DNA of 64,000 nucleotides from Cirrosporium novae-zelandiae (taxonomy: Eukaryota), in NCBI GenBank assembly GCA_026023565.1, contig JAPETS010000042.1, positions 124,001 to 188,000 of the forward strand, written 5' to 3'. Positions within the stretch are counted from its first letter, which is position 1. Each line of letters starts with the position of its first letter. This document shows, piece after piece, positions 22,329 through 31,794 of the stretch. The notes beneath the pieces were generated by a model that saw only the letters and a program-made list of their open reading frames with translations, did not search any database and was not told where the DNA came from. The translations under genes were made by a program, and so were the position numbers.

Positions 22329-24821
22329 TCATTGCTGCAAACTCGAAGGCCCCGCTCCACTGCCTTCACCTTCATGCTCCTGCTGGAATTGCTGTTCTAA
22401 ATCTCGAAGCTCTCTCTGGAATGCTTCAAAGAATTGCCCAGCCAAATCAGCCATATGGTCTGCTTCTGCTTTTGCAAACGCTTCTTCTTCCTTCCTTTGC
22501 AATATCTCTCTCTCCTTTCGAAGTCTCTCTTCTTCTTCCCTCGCCTTTCGACACAGCCCCTCCTCCAGCGTACGATAGCAATTCGGACAATTGAAATGCT
22601 CTCTGCAATATGAACAGTCACAGGGTTCATTATCTGTAAGACATCGCTGGCAGACATACTTACCACATCCACAGCACTCGCGAATATCAGCAGTACACCG
22701 TGGACGCGCCTCAGTCGCTAGACGATAAGGCGGACAAAAGAATGCAGCACAGCCATTCCAGGGCTTTGGATCAGGGGGAATATCAGGGAGCATCGGGTGT
22801 TCTGGGGAGCTTTGTGACGAGGCTCGGGAAACAGTCCGAGATGTAGGAGCGGATGAAGGGCCAGCATCTGCAGACCCGTCAAATCCGTGGCTGGTGGCCT
22901 CATATGTCTGCGTAGATGACGAACTCGCTTCTCCAGAGCTCGAAGACTCTCCAATATCCTCATCACCCTCGGGGAGCTCGATGAGTGAAGCCAATTTCAC
23001 ATAGATGGCTGAATCCGTTGGGTAATGTCTTAGAAGCCCTTTTCCGATTTCACGCACTTTTCGCTTCCCTTCGGCATCGTGATCCGGTGCCATGAAAAGT
23101 ATCTTCTCCAATGTCAGGTCTCGATAACCACAGATACGCATTTTCAAACCCCTTAACTCATGCTCTTGGCACAGCGGCGTTCTACAATGTTCACAGTTAA
23201 CCTTCCAGAAGGATGAATCGTAGCAATCTTGACAAAGGTTCCTTGGGACTTTGCTAGACTTTCGGGTTGGTGAGCCAAGTAGCCAGCCAAGCATCAAGGC
23301 ATGACCAACAGATGAGTCAAGAGGTGGATCATATGAATGAAGTCGAAGGTCGGGTGGCATTTGCCCGGTAAAATCCGGATCTTCCCAGCCTTTCCCTTTC
23401 GGAAGAGGGGCAGCACGCATCTTGTCAATGGCAGTAGTAGCGGACCCCATCCCCGACAGTGTTACACCTCCTCCCGGGGAAAATGTAGGTTCTGTACAAC
23501 ACCAGTGAAACTTTATTTTCGGCGGTGGAGTGTTGGCGGGCTGAGCAGGGGGGCCTGGATTCGCCTGCCAGTTTTGCCCAGCAGTTTCAGTGTCCTCTCT
23601 CATTAAATTTGGAGACCTAGAATATCCAAGGGCCCACCATAAATTGTCGGTTGTGAGCTTTGCCCTCTTTTTCAGAGGTCGATCAAAAGCGCAACTTGCA
23701 CACAGTGTTCTCCGACAGCCCATGCAATGCATCCGTATGCTACATTGTTCACACCGCTCTATTATCTCTTCTCCACATGCATCGCATTGTATCTCCTCGA
23801 CGAAGACCCTGTGTGTTTGTCGAAGGTGGGTTGGTAAGGTTTTACCCTCTCCCGTACTTATACTACCCGGGACGCCGAGTGCTTCTCCGTCCCAGCCAGT
23901 TTCCAATTCCTCCCAAAAACGGCCGTCCCTTTGACCTGATATATGATCTTTGAGAGGACCGATGTAGTTGCTAGACCGCCAAAGCCTGTCAAACGGTGCC
24001 CAGACCTCGGTAGCTCCTCCGGGCATCCTGCTATTTGCATAGTCTCTTCTCTTCAAACAACGAGACCCTGGAGTAGTACACCATGCAGTATCAGTCCATA
24101 TTCCTAATTTATGGCATATATCAATCAATGTATGTGTAGGCTCCGAGTCCGAATCTTTTCGCTGGAGGGAGCTTGGTAGGTAAGGTCGTCGTCGGTGATG
24201 TCGACACCGGTACGTGTAAAGGCTCTTCAAGGCAAGCTTCGTATTTTCTGTTCGTCTGGATCCATGGTATAAAGGATCACTCATTAATTGCATCTGGAGA
24301 AAGGGCACGATATGATACTTGAGAGAAACATTCTTGCAGCCACGCACGGAAAGATGCTCAAGGCTCTGCCTGTAGGGTAGTAGCACTGTCTGCATCAATG
24401 CCATGCCAGACACTGCTGTATTATCGAGATCTAGATTTTTCAGACACGTGCCAAAGGGAGCCACAATGTTCATCAAAAATTGATCCAGCGCATTTGCCTT
24501 GGACTGCCTCGAGGAGGGTGTGACAGCTCCAGCGGAGATGGCAAAATCTCCCTGGCCAGGGACGCGAAACGAGAGGTATTGCCATGCTATGGGACATGAT
24601 AAAAGAAGTGCAGACAGATGCCGCGAGGTATGAAAGAGTTGAATTATAGAAGTAGTGGGGAGCTGAAGAAGGAGTGATTCTAGAATAGGTGCTTGAGCTG
24701 CGATAAGCCTCTCGAAAGGTGAAAGAGTCGAGAGAGTTATTTCTTGAGACTCATCATTGTCGTTGAATAGTGAATCCCGGGAGCCTATCGAGGCTTCTTC
24801 GTCGATTCCATCGTATGCCAT
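22329..24821 (-). CDS. Uncharacterised ~830-aa protein with an F-box-like/LRR-like N-terminus and multiple Cys-rich zinc-binding motifs
   Basis: Long intronless ORF. PILESLLLQLP..LFHTSRHL is F-box-like, LKNLDLDNTAVSG and LEHLSVRGCKNVS are LRR-like, followed by many CxxC pairs and a coiled-coil tail. Start uncertain. Confidence 0.8.
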   Translation of the reverse strand: MAYDGIDEEASIGSRDSLFNDNDESQEITLSTLSPFERLIAAQAPILESLLLQLPTTSIIQLFHTSRHLSALLLSCPIAWQYLSFRVPGQGDFAISAGAVTPSSRQSKANALDQFLMNIVAPFGTCLKNLDLDNTAVSGMALMQTVLLPYRQSLEHLSVRGCKNVSLKYHIVPFLQMQLMSDPLYHGSRRTENTKLALKSLYTYRCRHHRRRPYLPSSLQRKDSDSEPTHTLIDICHKLGIWTDTAWCTTPGSRCLKRRDYANSRMPGGATEVWAPFDRLWRSSNYIGPLKDHISGQRDGRFWEELETGWDGEALGVPGSISTGEGKTLPTHLRQTHRVFVEEIQCDACGEEIIERCEQCSIRMHCMGCRRTLCASCAFDRPLKKRAKLTTDNLWWALGYSRSPNLMREDTETAGQNWQANPGPPAQPANTPPPKIKFHWCCTEPTFSPGGGVTLSGMGSATTAIDKMRAAPLPKGKGWEDPDFTGQMPPDLRLHSYDPPLDSSVGHALMLGWLLGSPTRKSSKVPRNLCQDCYDSSFWKVNCEHCRTPLCQEHELRGLKMRICGYRDLTLEKILFMAPDHDAEGKRKVREIGKGLLRHYPTDSAIYVKLASLIELPEGDEDIGESSSSGEASSSSTQTYEATSHGFDGSADAGPSSAPTSRTVSRASSQSSPEHPMLPDIPPDPKPWNGCAAFFCPPYRLATEARPRCTADIRECCGCGKYVCQRCLTDNEPCDCSYCREHFNCPNCYRTLEEGLCRKAREEEERLRKEREILQRKEEEAFAKAEADHMADLAGQFFEAFQRELRDLEQQFQQEHEGEGSGAGPSSLQQ

Positions 24822-25294
24822 TCCGGCCCGTTGTTTGCTTTGGGTTTTCAATGTACAGTCAAGTTATGTTGGGCGTATCGGAATTTTGTATGGCCTTTCT
24901 GGTCTCACACGTGACCGATCTGACGATGATGAGTTGGTGTGTGATTGCTGGCCGACCGCAACTTGGATGCGACGAAAAATCCAAGGATTCAAGGTCTATC
25001 CCAAGCATGTATGTATATGTATGTATATCCCACAGGTACTCTACATAGCAACAGGTTAATTACCACGATTACCTCTGTTTCTCAAAATAATTCTTGTGCA
25101 ACAACCACCAAAAAAAACACGGCTGATTCTGACTTGGCCTGGTTGACCATCAGGCAATTAAATCTCTCGAATTGATTGCTAAGCTTTTTTATGGAGACAC
25201 AGATACAACAGTTGCTTCCGCCTTTCTGCTGTGTACTTACATGGCGCCATATCCTATTTTTCCTTACCAAAAACTAACAATATTTCTGCAATCT

Positions 25295-27046
25295 TCATAT
25301 CTTTGCAGCACTTTCACCGACAGTATATCCTCTAGCAATACCGCTTCTACCCTGTTCAATTGACGCACCTTCTGGTTCATTCATGGATCCTTCACCGTCC
25401 TGCAAAGTCCCGAAGTCGCTACCCAACCCTCTCCACATCCGCTGCGTCTTTAGAAATTCTGCACCCGGTGAAACCGCCCCTCCAATGATTGCCACATCGC
25501 CTGTGGCTCGTTTCATTACAGCAGTCATCGAGGTTCTCGAGCCCCCATTGGCTGTCATCTCCCGCAAAGAAAGTGTCGCGGGTTCTTGCATAGGTCTCGT
25601 ATGCGAAACATAACGGCCTGTGCGAAGATCGAATTCGGGTGGTGCAGATTCCGGTTCAGAATCCAAGTCACCGCCATCCACGTGGTCTTCATCCCCAGGT
25701 TCTTCCTGTCCCGCCGGAATGGCCTCTTGCTGTTGATTTGCAGCGCTGTTCATGACCTTATATTGGGTTTCATCAAGTACCGATTGAAAATCTCCTTTCC
25801 ATTCTCCCGTCCAGATCCTTTCCGAGTCTTGCTGGAGCGCGAGGCCAAGCTCGAATGGGGTAATGACAGGTTTCCAGAAATCCTTACTTTCAATCAATGA
25901 GCTCTCCCAGCACCCAATCACCACCCATCCCCCAATCTCGCTGAAATTTGCAATCTTGGCTGCATTGACTTTTCCTACAACGAAGGTGTAGCTTTTCTTT
26001 CCCGCTTTTCGAATTTGTTCTTTCACATGCTCCACCATATGAAGATAGTTTTTGACGCTTAATGTGTTGATGAGTATTCCAAATATCGAGGCTGTATTCA
26101 AGGAAGTCAGAAGTGCATAACGCCTGCGCAGTGCCAATTTTGTCGAAGTCAAGATAGCTTTTGACGTTGTAGGCGAGTCAGTGTTGGTGGGATAGACATG
26201 AATGGAAGAGACACGGGACGATAAAGTAAGAAGCAGGGAATCCGGGGGAAGGGAGATATGGAATAATTCCCAGTCCCGAAGTCTTTCGGCAAGTTTAGTG
26301 ACGTCTGGAGGTACCGTCCGGTTAGGGATCAGTGAAGATGGATCATGAACAATTTCAGGAAAAAATAGCTGTGAATAACCTTCTAGCAAGAGTTTTTCTT
26401 TAATCTCAGATATGTAGTGTATGTAGACGACATCGGCCATTAATATAATTTTCCGGTCCTTTTCCGGGTACGTTTCCATGAACGCTTGCAATAAAGAGTC
26501 CATTTGTAATGACCTTTTGGTAAATACGTATATCACAGGGAGTCTTGCCGTCGGCGACAAGCAAGACCTTCCATAATGAATAACAACGTCAGCATGAATG
26601 TGTTCAGCAGCCACTTCGTCCACACAGCATGCCCCATAGGAGGTATCCCCTAGAATGCATAATTTTATTTCCTCATCTTGAGCGGAGTGCGTTGAGGCTC
26701 CAACTGCGGAACCGTCTTTGCAAATCTCCTTCTCCTTGTACTTATCTGTCTGGCATCTATTTCTGGGTCCTTGGGTAGCATTTTCTCCTTTCTTGTTCAC
26801 ATTGAGTCCTCGGCTCAAGGCTTCGAATACTCGGGGGGCATCAACAAGCATATCATCAGGAAACTGAAGGGCAATTCTGCACCATCTGCCCTCTTTGAGC
26901 TCTTTCACCGTTCTTTCAATCTCATATATTATGAAAGCCTCTTCATCACTAAGAGGAATTTGTTTGGCGACTGGTGGGGTAGGGTCCTCGAAGATATGGG
27001 TATCTGGAGTGGAAAGCACAGGTGGGGCCTCCAATTTGCCTGTCAT
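25295..27046 (-). CDS. DPH2: Diphthamide biosynthesis protein 2
   Basis: RIALQFPD, LGDTSYGACCVDEVAAEH, VIHYGRSCLSPT, GKVNAAKIANF, VVIGCWE and C-terminal GRSGIARGY. Confidence 0.96.
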   Translation of the reverse strand: MTGKLEAPPVLSTPDTHIFEDPTPPVAKQIPLSDEEAFIIYEIERTVKELKEGRWCRIALQFPDDMLVDAPRVFEALSRGLNVNKKGENATQGPRNRCQTDKYKEKEICKDGSAVGASTHSAQDEEIKLCILGDTSYGACCVDEVAAEHIHADVVIHYGRSCLSPTARLPVIYVFTKRSLQMDSLLQAFMETYPEKDRKIILMADVVYIHYISEIKEKLLLEGYSQLFFPEIVHDPSSLIPNRTVPPDVTKLAERLRDWELFHISLPPDSLLLTLSSRVSSIHVYPTNTDSPTTSKAILTSTKLALRRRYALLTSLNTASIFGILINTLSVKNYLHMVEHVKEQIRKAGKKSYTFVVGKVNAAKIANFSEIGGWVVIGCWESSLIESKDFWKPVITPFELGLALQQDSERIWTGEWKGDFQSVLDETQYKVMNSAANQQQEAIPAGQEEPGDEDHVDGGDLDSEPESAPPEFDLRTGRYVSHTRPMQEPATLSLREMTANGGSRTSMTAVMKRATGDVAIIGGAVSPGAEFLKTQRMWRGLGSDFGTLQDGEGSMNEPEGASIEQGRSGIARGYTVGESAAKI

Positions 27047-27342
27047 GTTTTTTGCTGCTATTAAATTCCCGGATTTTGTTATATTTCAACCCATAGTGGG
27101 GGTAGACCAAACTGGAGATTTTTTTATTTTTTTTATTTGGAATTGCATCTTTAGTCAGCAACACTTTCCGTATCATCATTTGTCACCGTCAGTTCCACAC
27201 TTTTCCAAATCTAAATTCCAACACCAACATGCCTGACAGTGAATCCCACATCCCCGTGAACATTGAATACAGACGTGGTATTTTTTTAACATAGCATCAC
27301 CATTCAACCTAGAGGCAAAATCCGCAGGTGAAAGGAACTAGA

Positions 27343-27431
27343 ATCGGATCATAACCCGATCGTTGATTTTGCGGCAAAAATCTTTGCCGATGTTCAACTC
27401 CGGATTATTCCCCGCAATTGAAATGTTGCGG
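27343..27431. promoter_or_regulatory. Cluster of inverted CGG half-site palindromes (Zn2Cys6-type sites) upstream of maleylacetate reductase
   Basis: ATCGG-N8-CCGAT (27343-27360), CGGCAAA-N4-TTTGCCG (27372-27389) and CCGCAA-N8-TTGCGG (27412-27431). TATA-like TATAAAA near 27468. Confidence 0.5.
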
Positions 27432-27546
27432 AGCGGAGGCCCTCGATGGCAATATTAACAATGTGTTTATAAAACTTCAATTGCTCTCTTGCTAACTCTA
27501 GGTACATACTTACCGCTCCCATTTTAGACCAAGTATCTTCATATAC

Positions 27547-28722
27547 ATGCAAAATATCATAATCATGGAACCGTTTGAATACAATGCTAACCCAGGACGG
27601 GTCATCTTCGGCAATGGGACTCTAAAAAAGCTCCCGGAGGAGCTCAAACGCCAGAATCTCACATCTCCCCTCCTCCTCACTACCCCCCAGCAAACCTCTC
27701 AGGGCGAAGCGCTGCAGTCAATTCTCAATGGCCAAATCGCCGGACTCTACACCCAAGCAACCATGCATACCCCCGCCAATATAACTTCCTCAGCCGTGGC
27801 CTTTGCACAGGAGAAGAAAGCCGACTCTGTTGTTTCTATTGGCGGAGGCAGCACCATCGGTCTGGGAAAAGCAATTAGTATAAGAACGGGATTACCGCAT
27901 ATCTGTATACCGACAACCTACGCTGGAAGTGAGATGACGCCCATACTAGGGGAAACAGCCGATGGGAGGAAAACCACAAGGAGCGATCCCAAAATTTTAC
28001 CAGGAACGGTAATCTATGATGTCGATTTGACCATGACTCTCCCGGCCGACATGAGCGCAACCAGCGGTGTAAACGCAATTGCCCATGCAGGTATAGATTA
28101 GCCCCCCGGAAAACCCCCCGGAAAATCCCCCTTTACATCCCCATATTAACACAACCTGCATCCTGCAGTCGAAGCCCTCTACGCCCGCAACACTAACCCC
28201 ATAATTACCCTTCTCGCAATCGAAGGCATCCGCGCCCTCGCCTCCTCCCTACCCGAAATAGTCAACAACCCATCCTCCTCCTCTATCTCCGCCCGATCAA
28301 AAGCCCTTTACGGTGCCTGGTTATGCGGCACCTGTCTCGGCAGCGTCGGCATGGCCCTCCACCACAAACTCTGCCACACGCTAGGCGGCTCCTTCAACCT
28401 CCCGCACGCCGAAACCCATACCATTGTTCTCCCGCACGCCCTTTCCTACAACGCACCAGCCGTCCCAGAGGCAATGAAAAAGCTAGCGGGTGCCTTGCCC
28501 TGCAGCGACGGAGATGCTATCAAGGGCCTAAACGTGCTACTGGAGAAATTGAAGGTTAAGCGTGGATTGAAGGAATTTGGGATGGAAGAAGAGGATGTGG
28601 AGAAGGCGGTGGAAATTGCGGTCAGCAATCCGTATTGGAATCCTAGACCTATTGAAAGGGAACCCCTGAGGGAGGTTATCAGGAGATGTTGGGCTGGAGA
28701 GCCGGCGAGGGCGAATTTGTAG
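27547..28722 (+). CDS. Maleylacetate reductase (iron-containing alcohol dehydrogenase family)
   Basis: GRVIFGNG, GGGSTIGLGKA, IPTTYAGSEMT, NAIAHAVEALY, LHHKLCHTLGGSFNLPHAETH and NPYWNPR. Intron 28091-28168. Confidence 0.93.
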
Positions 28723-29544
28723 ATTTTTTTTGTATGAGTACTTACTTATATATATAGGTATCTAGAGAATTGGCAGTGTTTTATTTTTAAATATCGTCAC
28801 TGGCGTTTTTTTTCTTTATTCTTGGTGGTGGGTTTGGGGTCGTGGGTTAACGAGAATTGACATTATTTTTACATCCATGATTCATGTGCTCTTATCACTC
28901 ACCCGTGGGCTGATGGAGATGCTATCGTAGTAGTGGAACTTCGAAGTTGGTGCGTGAAGGGTCTAATTGTATTTTTTAAGATATAGAGGGAAGAGGACAG
29001 TAGCTGGGTTTGGATTATCATAAGGGGGATTATAGATATATCATTAATTGAAATAGAATATAGATTATAAGAAGCTTGTGATACAGAAGCGCTGTAGAGT
29101 CAACTCGTACCAACCACATCAAAATCTTCAGGTTATTGTTTGCTTTATCGATTCATTCATACTATAGGCTAGTATGTAATAAACACGTTTAAATATCTAG
29201 TTACCCCCCAATCATTCATCCCTTCCATAGGGGGATATAAAACACATACAAAAAAAAATTGAAACCTAACCACCCATGAGGAATAGGAGATCTTCCAACA
29301 ACAGGTTTTTTTCCTTTTTGCAATACCATCATTTCCAAAAGCGCCAATCAAACACCAATGCATTTTTTTCCAATTCAAAATATTCATGTTAGTAGTACCT
29401 TGTGTCATTCAAATTGACATACGGGCACCCATTTGGGCGGGGTATCATTTCATTAGTATAGGAAAAGAAGATCTGACGAACCAAATTTCGCTCCCCCGGA
29501 CTTCACCTTGGAAACACTGGAACCTTTCGACTATCTGGTCCCCT

Positions 29545-30978
29545 TCAGAGGGCAAATCGACTCGAGTCAACTGACATCAAGGGATTTTCATCAACCTTTC
29601 CAGTTAAATACTCCTGAATTTTTTGTCCAAAATCAGTCGGACTTCCCTTCCACTCTGGCTTGGACCATCTATATCCTGTCTGCCCATCCGAGTCCATCAG
29701 CCATTCATAAATTTGTGCGTCCTGCCACCTCGTAATGTCGCGGATCTTAGGTAGGATTTCTTGCCAGCTAGCTCCAGTATCAAGTGCGATGTTCGAGAGT
29801 TCGTAATGTTGGAGCGTTCGCCTGTGTCGCTTGAGGAATGCGAGGAGATCATATTCTGATGTCTTGAAGCCACGGATATGGAGCCGTTGAAGGTGCTTCC
29901 ATGTATTCTTTCCAACAATAGAAGCAAGATCCGCTGCTTGTCCAAGAGGAACTGGCCAGAAAGGAGTAAATTCGACGTACAGTATTTCTACTTCTGTCGC
30001 TCCTTCCAGGAATCGAAGTAGGGAACGAGTGCTGCGGAGCAACACCTGGCATGTCTGGATAGCAGACATTAGACCATTTAGGAGGCTCTGGTCAGCTGAA
30101 ACAATGAGTTTCAGATCTTTGACTTGTGATACCATGTCATGGCACACAGCCGTAAAACCCCTTCTTGGGTCCAGTAAGATCCGCCAATCCACAGATCCAA
30201 GATGGAGTCTTTGAAGGTGAAGGAGGGGAACCTTTTTCGCTGGAGATTCATTCACTGGGAGATAGGGGTAATTTGCAGAATATATTTCTTTTTGAAAGTG
30301 CTCGGACGCGAACAGCCCCAAGAATATGGCACACAGCTGATGATAACCAGGAGGTCCGTACCGATGGCCATGGATAATATCAAGGTTAAAGCCATCATCA
30401 CGGCCCAGCAAGCATGGCTCATAAATAGACTTAAAATATGGTGTTCGAGGAGCAATTCCAGCGTTGATGGATACTCGAATCGTAGCTAACCTGGGAAAGC
30501 GCTTAATAGCATAGGCAATTATTTCAAGGTCCAAGCCTTTCTTAATGATTTCCCGTTGTTGTGCTTCCATCTTCCTATAATTCCTGTAAGCCCTGGATCT
30601 CTCGCTCATAGTATGCACGGGTCTGTATGGCCATAGTTGATGGATAATATGACGAAATGCACGGACAGGTAGCAATCGATTCCTAGATGAATGTAGAGGA
30701 GGTAGTCCACCTTCCCATTGGGCGCGAGTGCAATAATGGCTCACAATATCGCCCTCGAATAGGAGCGACGTTACGTGCTTGCTAAAGGTTCCATGCAGAG
30801 CTATTTGATGCAGTCTCTCCAGACTATCTCTTGTACAAATGACATGTGCTTCTGGTATTAAATATTCCGCACCAATGGCAGAGAATGGTTTGCATGTCAA
30901 ACGGAGGGTTTTTATTGTTTCGGTATCCGCGATGGAATTGAATATTTGGTGTACGAGTTCGTTGGGAAGTCGGTACAT
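29545..30978 (-). CDS. F-box-like protein with LRR-like C-terminal region (fast-evolving fungal family)
   Basis: N-terminal RLPNELVHQIF...LRLTCKPF F-box pattern and repeated LxxLxL motifs. Possible 5' UTR intron upstream. Confidence 0.8.
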   Translation of the reverse strand: MYRLPNELVHQIFNSIADTETIKTLRLTCKPFSAIGAEYLIPEAHVICTRDSLERLHQIALHGTFSKHVTSLLFEGDIVSHYCTRAQWEGGLPPLHSSRNRLLPVRAFRHIIHQLWPYRPVHTMSERSRAYRNYRKMEAQQREIIKKGLDLEIIAYAIKRFPRLATIRVSINAGIAPRTPYFKSIYEPCLLGRDDGFNLDIIHGHRYGPPGYHQLCAIFLGLFASEHFQKEIYSANYPYLPVNESPAKKVPLLHLQRLHLGSVDWRILLDPRRGFTAVCHDMVSQVKDLKLIVSADQSLLNGLMSAIQTCQVLLRSTRSLLRFLEGATEVEILYVEFTPFWPVPLGQAADLASIVGKNTWKHLQRLHIRGFKTSEYDLLAFLKRHRRTLQHYELSNIALDTGASWQEILPKIRDITRWQDAQIYEWLMDSDGQTGYRWSKPEWKGSPTDFGQKIQEYLTGKVDENPLMSVDSSRFAL

Positions 30979-31579
30979 TGTGAAGTGGCTGAGACTCTGG
31001 CTGAGACTCGATAAGAGGAGCTTCACAGGCGAGTCAAAAGTTGTTAGCGATCACGCCACCTAGCGAATGGTATAGATGGCATAATTCAAAATCCTTAAAG
31101 AGCCAATTCACCTACCACTTCTTGGGTATATGAACTCAGTCGTGTGTGAAATAGGTCCTTCTTAAAAGGCTGGTGCTGAACCTCGAGGCGGAAGACATCA
31201 AGGTTTGGTTACTATTGGATGTGGTGAGGGTTAATGAGCGCAGAGGAAGACTGCTGATCCAATAGGAAGGTGAATCGAGCGCATAGAAGGATATGAAAGA
31301 AGGAGAAGAAGAAAGAAATGATCAAGGTAAGAAGAAGTAGGAAGAAGAGAAAGGCTGGTTTATGAATCAACAGCAAGATATTAGACGTTTTCGTTTTTGG
31401 TTAATTACCATTCCCCAGCCCAGAAAGATGGATGGGGGTTATCGGCGTAGAGTTGAATGACGGAGGGGCACTGAAAGGAGCCCGAGAAAAGAGAGCCTGA
31501 GGCATAACAGCTATCCGGATTTGTATTAGCTTACAATTCTCGATCTTCTTCCGAGTTGCCGACTCTCCGATGCCGAAAT

Positions 31580-31588
31580 GTAAACAAA
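31580..31588 (+). promoter_or_regulatory. Forkhead-type site GTAAACAAA upstream of the SPB gene
   Basis: Exact forkhead consensus ~210 bp before ATG 31795. Confidence 0.4.
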
Positions 31589-31794
31589 CCTCCTCTTGTT
31601 GTTGTTGAAAACAAAACTCCTCAAAATACTTTCAAATATTACCTTGCCTCGACCTAGGGAACGAGAGCATCATTTCACTTGTATGATTTAGTGTTGACAA
31701 AGCTGCTCCATGTCCCTCGATTAACACCTTAACCTTACGTGGAATTTACATATCCCACTTGGATTCATAAAATCGCGCCCACCTGATCCGCGCA

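Noticed and set aside
21950..22594. 214-aa + strand ORF
   Set aside because: Starts in the (AGTAC)n microsatellite and overlaps a real gene antisense; no recognisable domain
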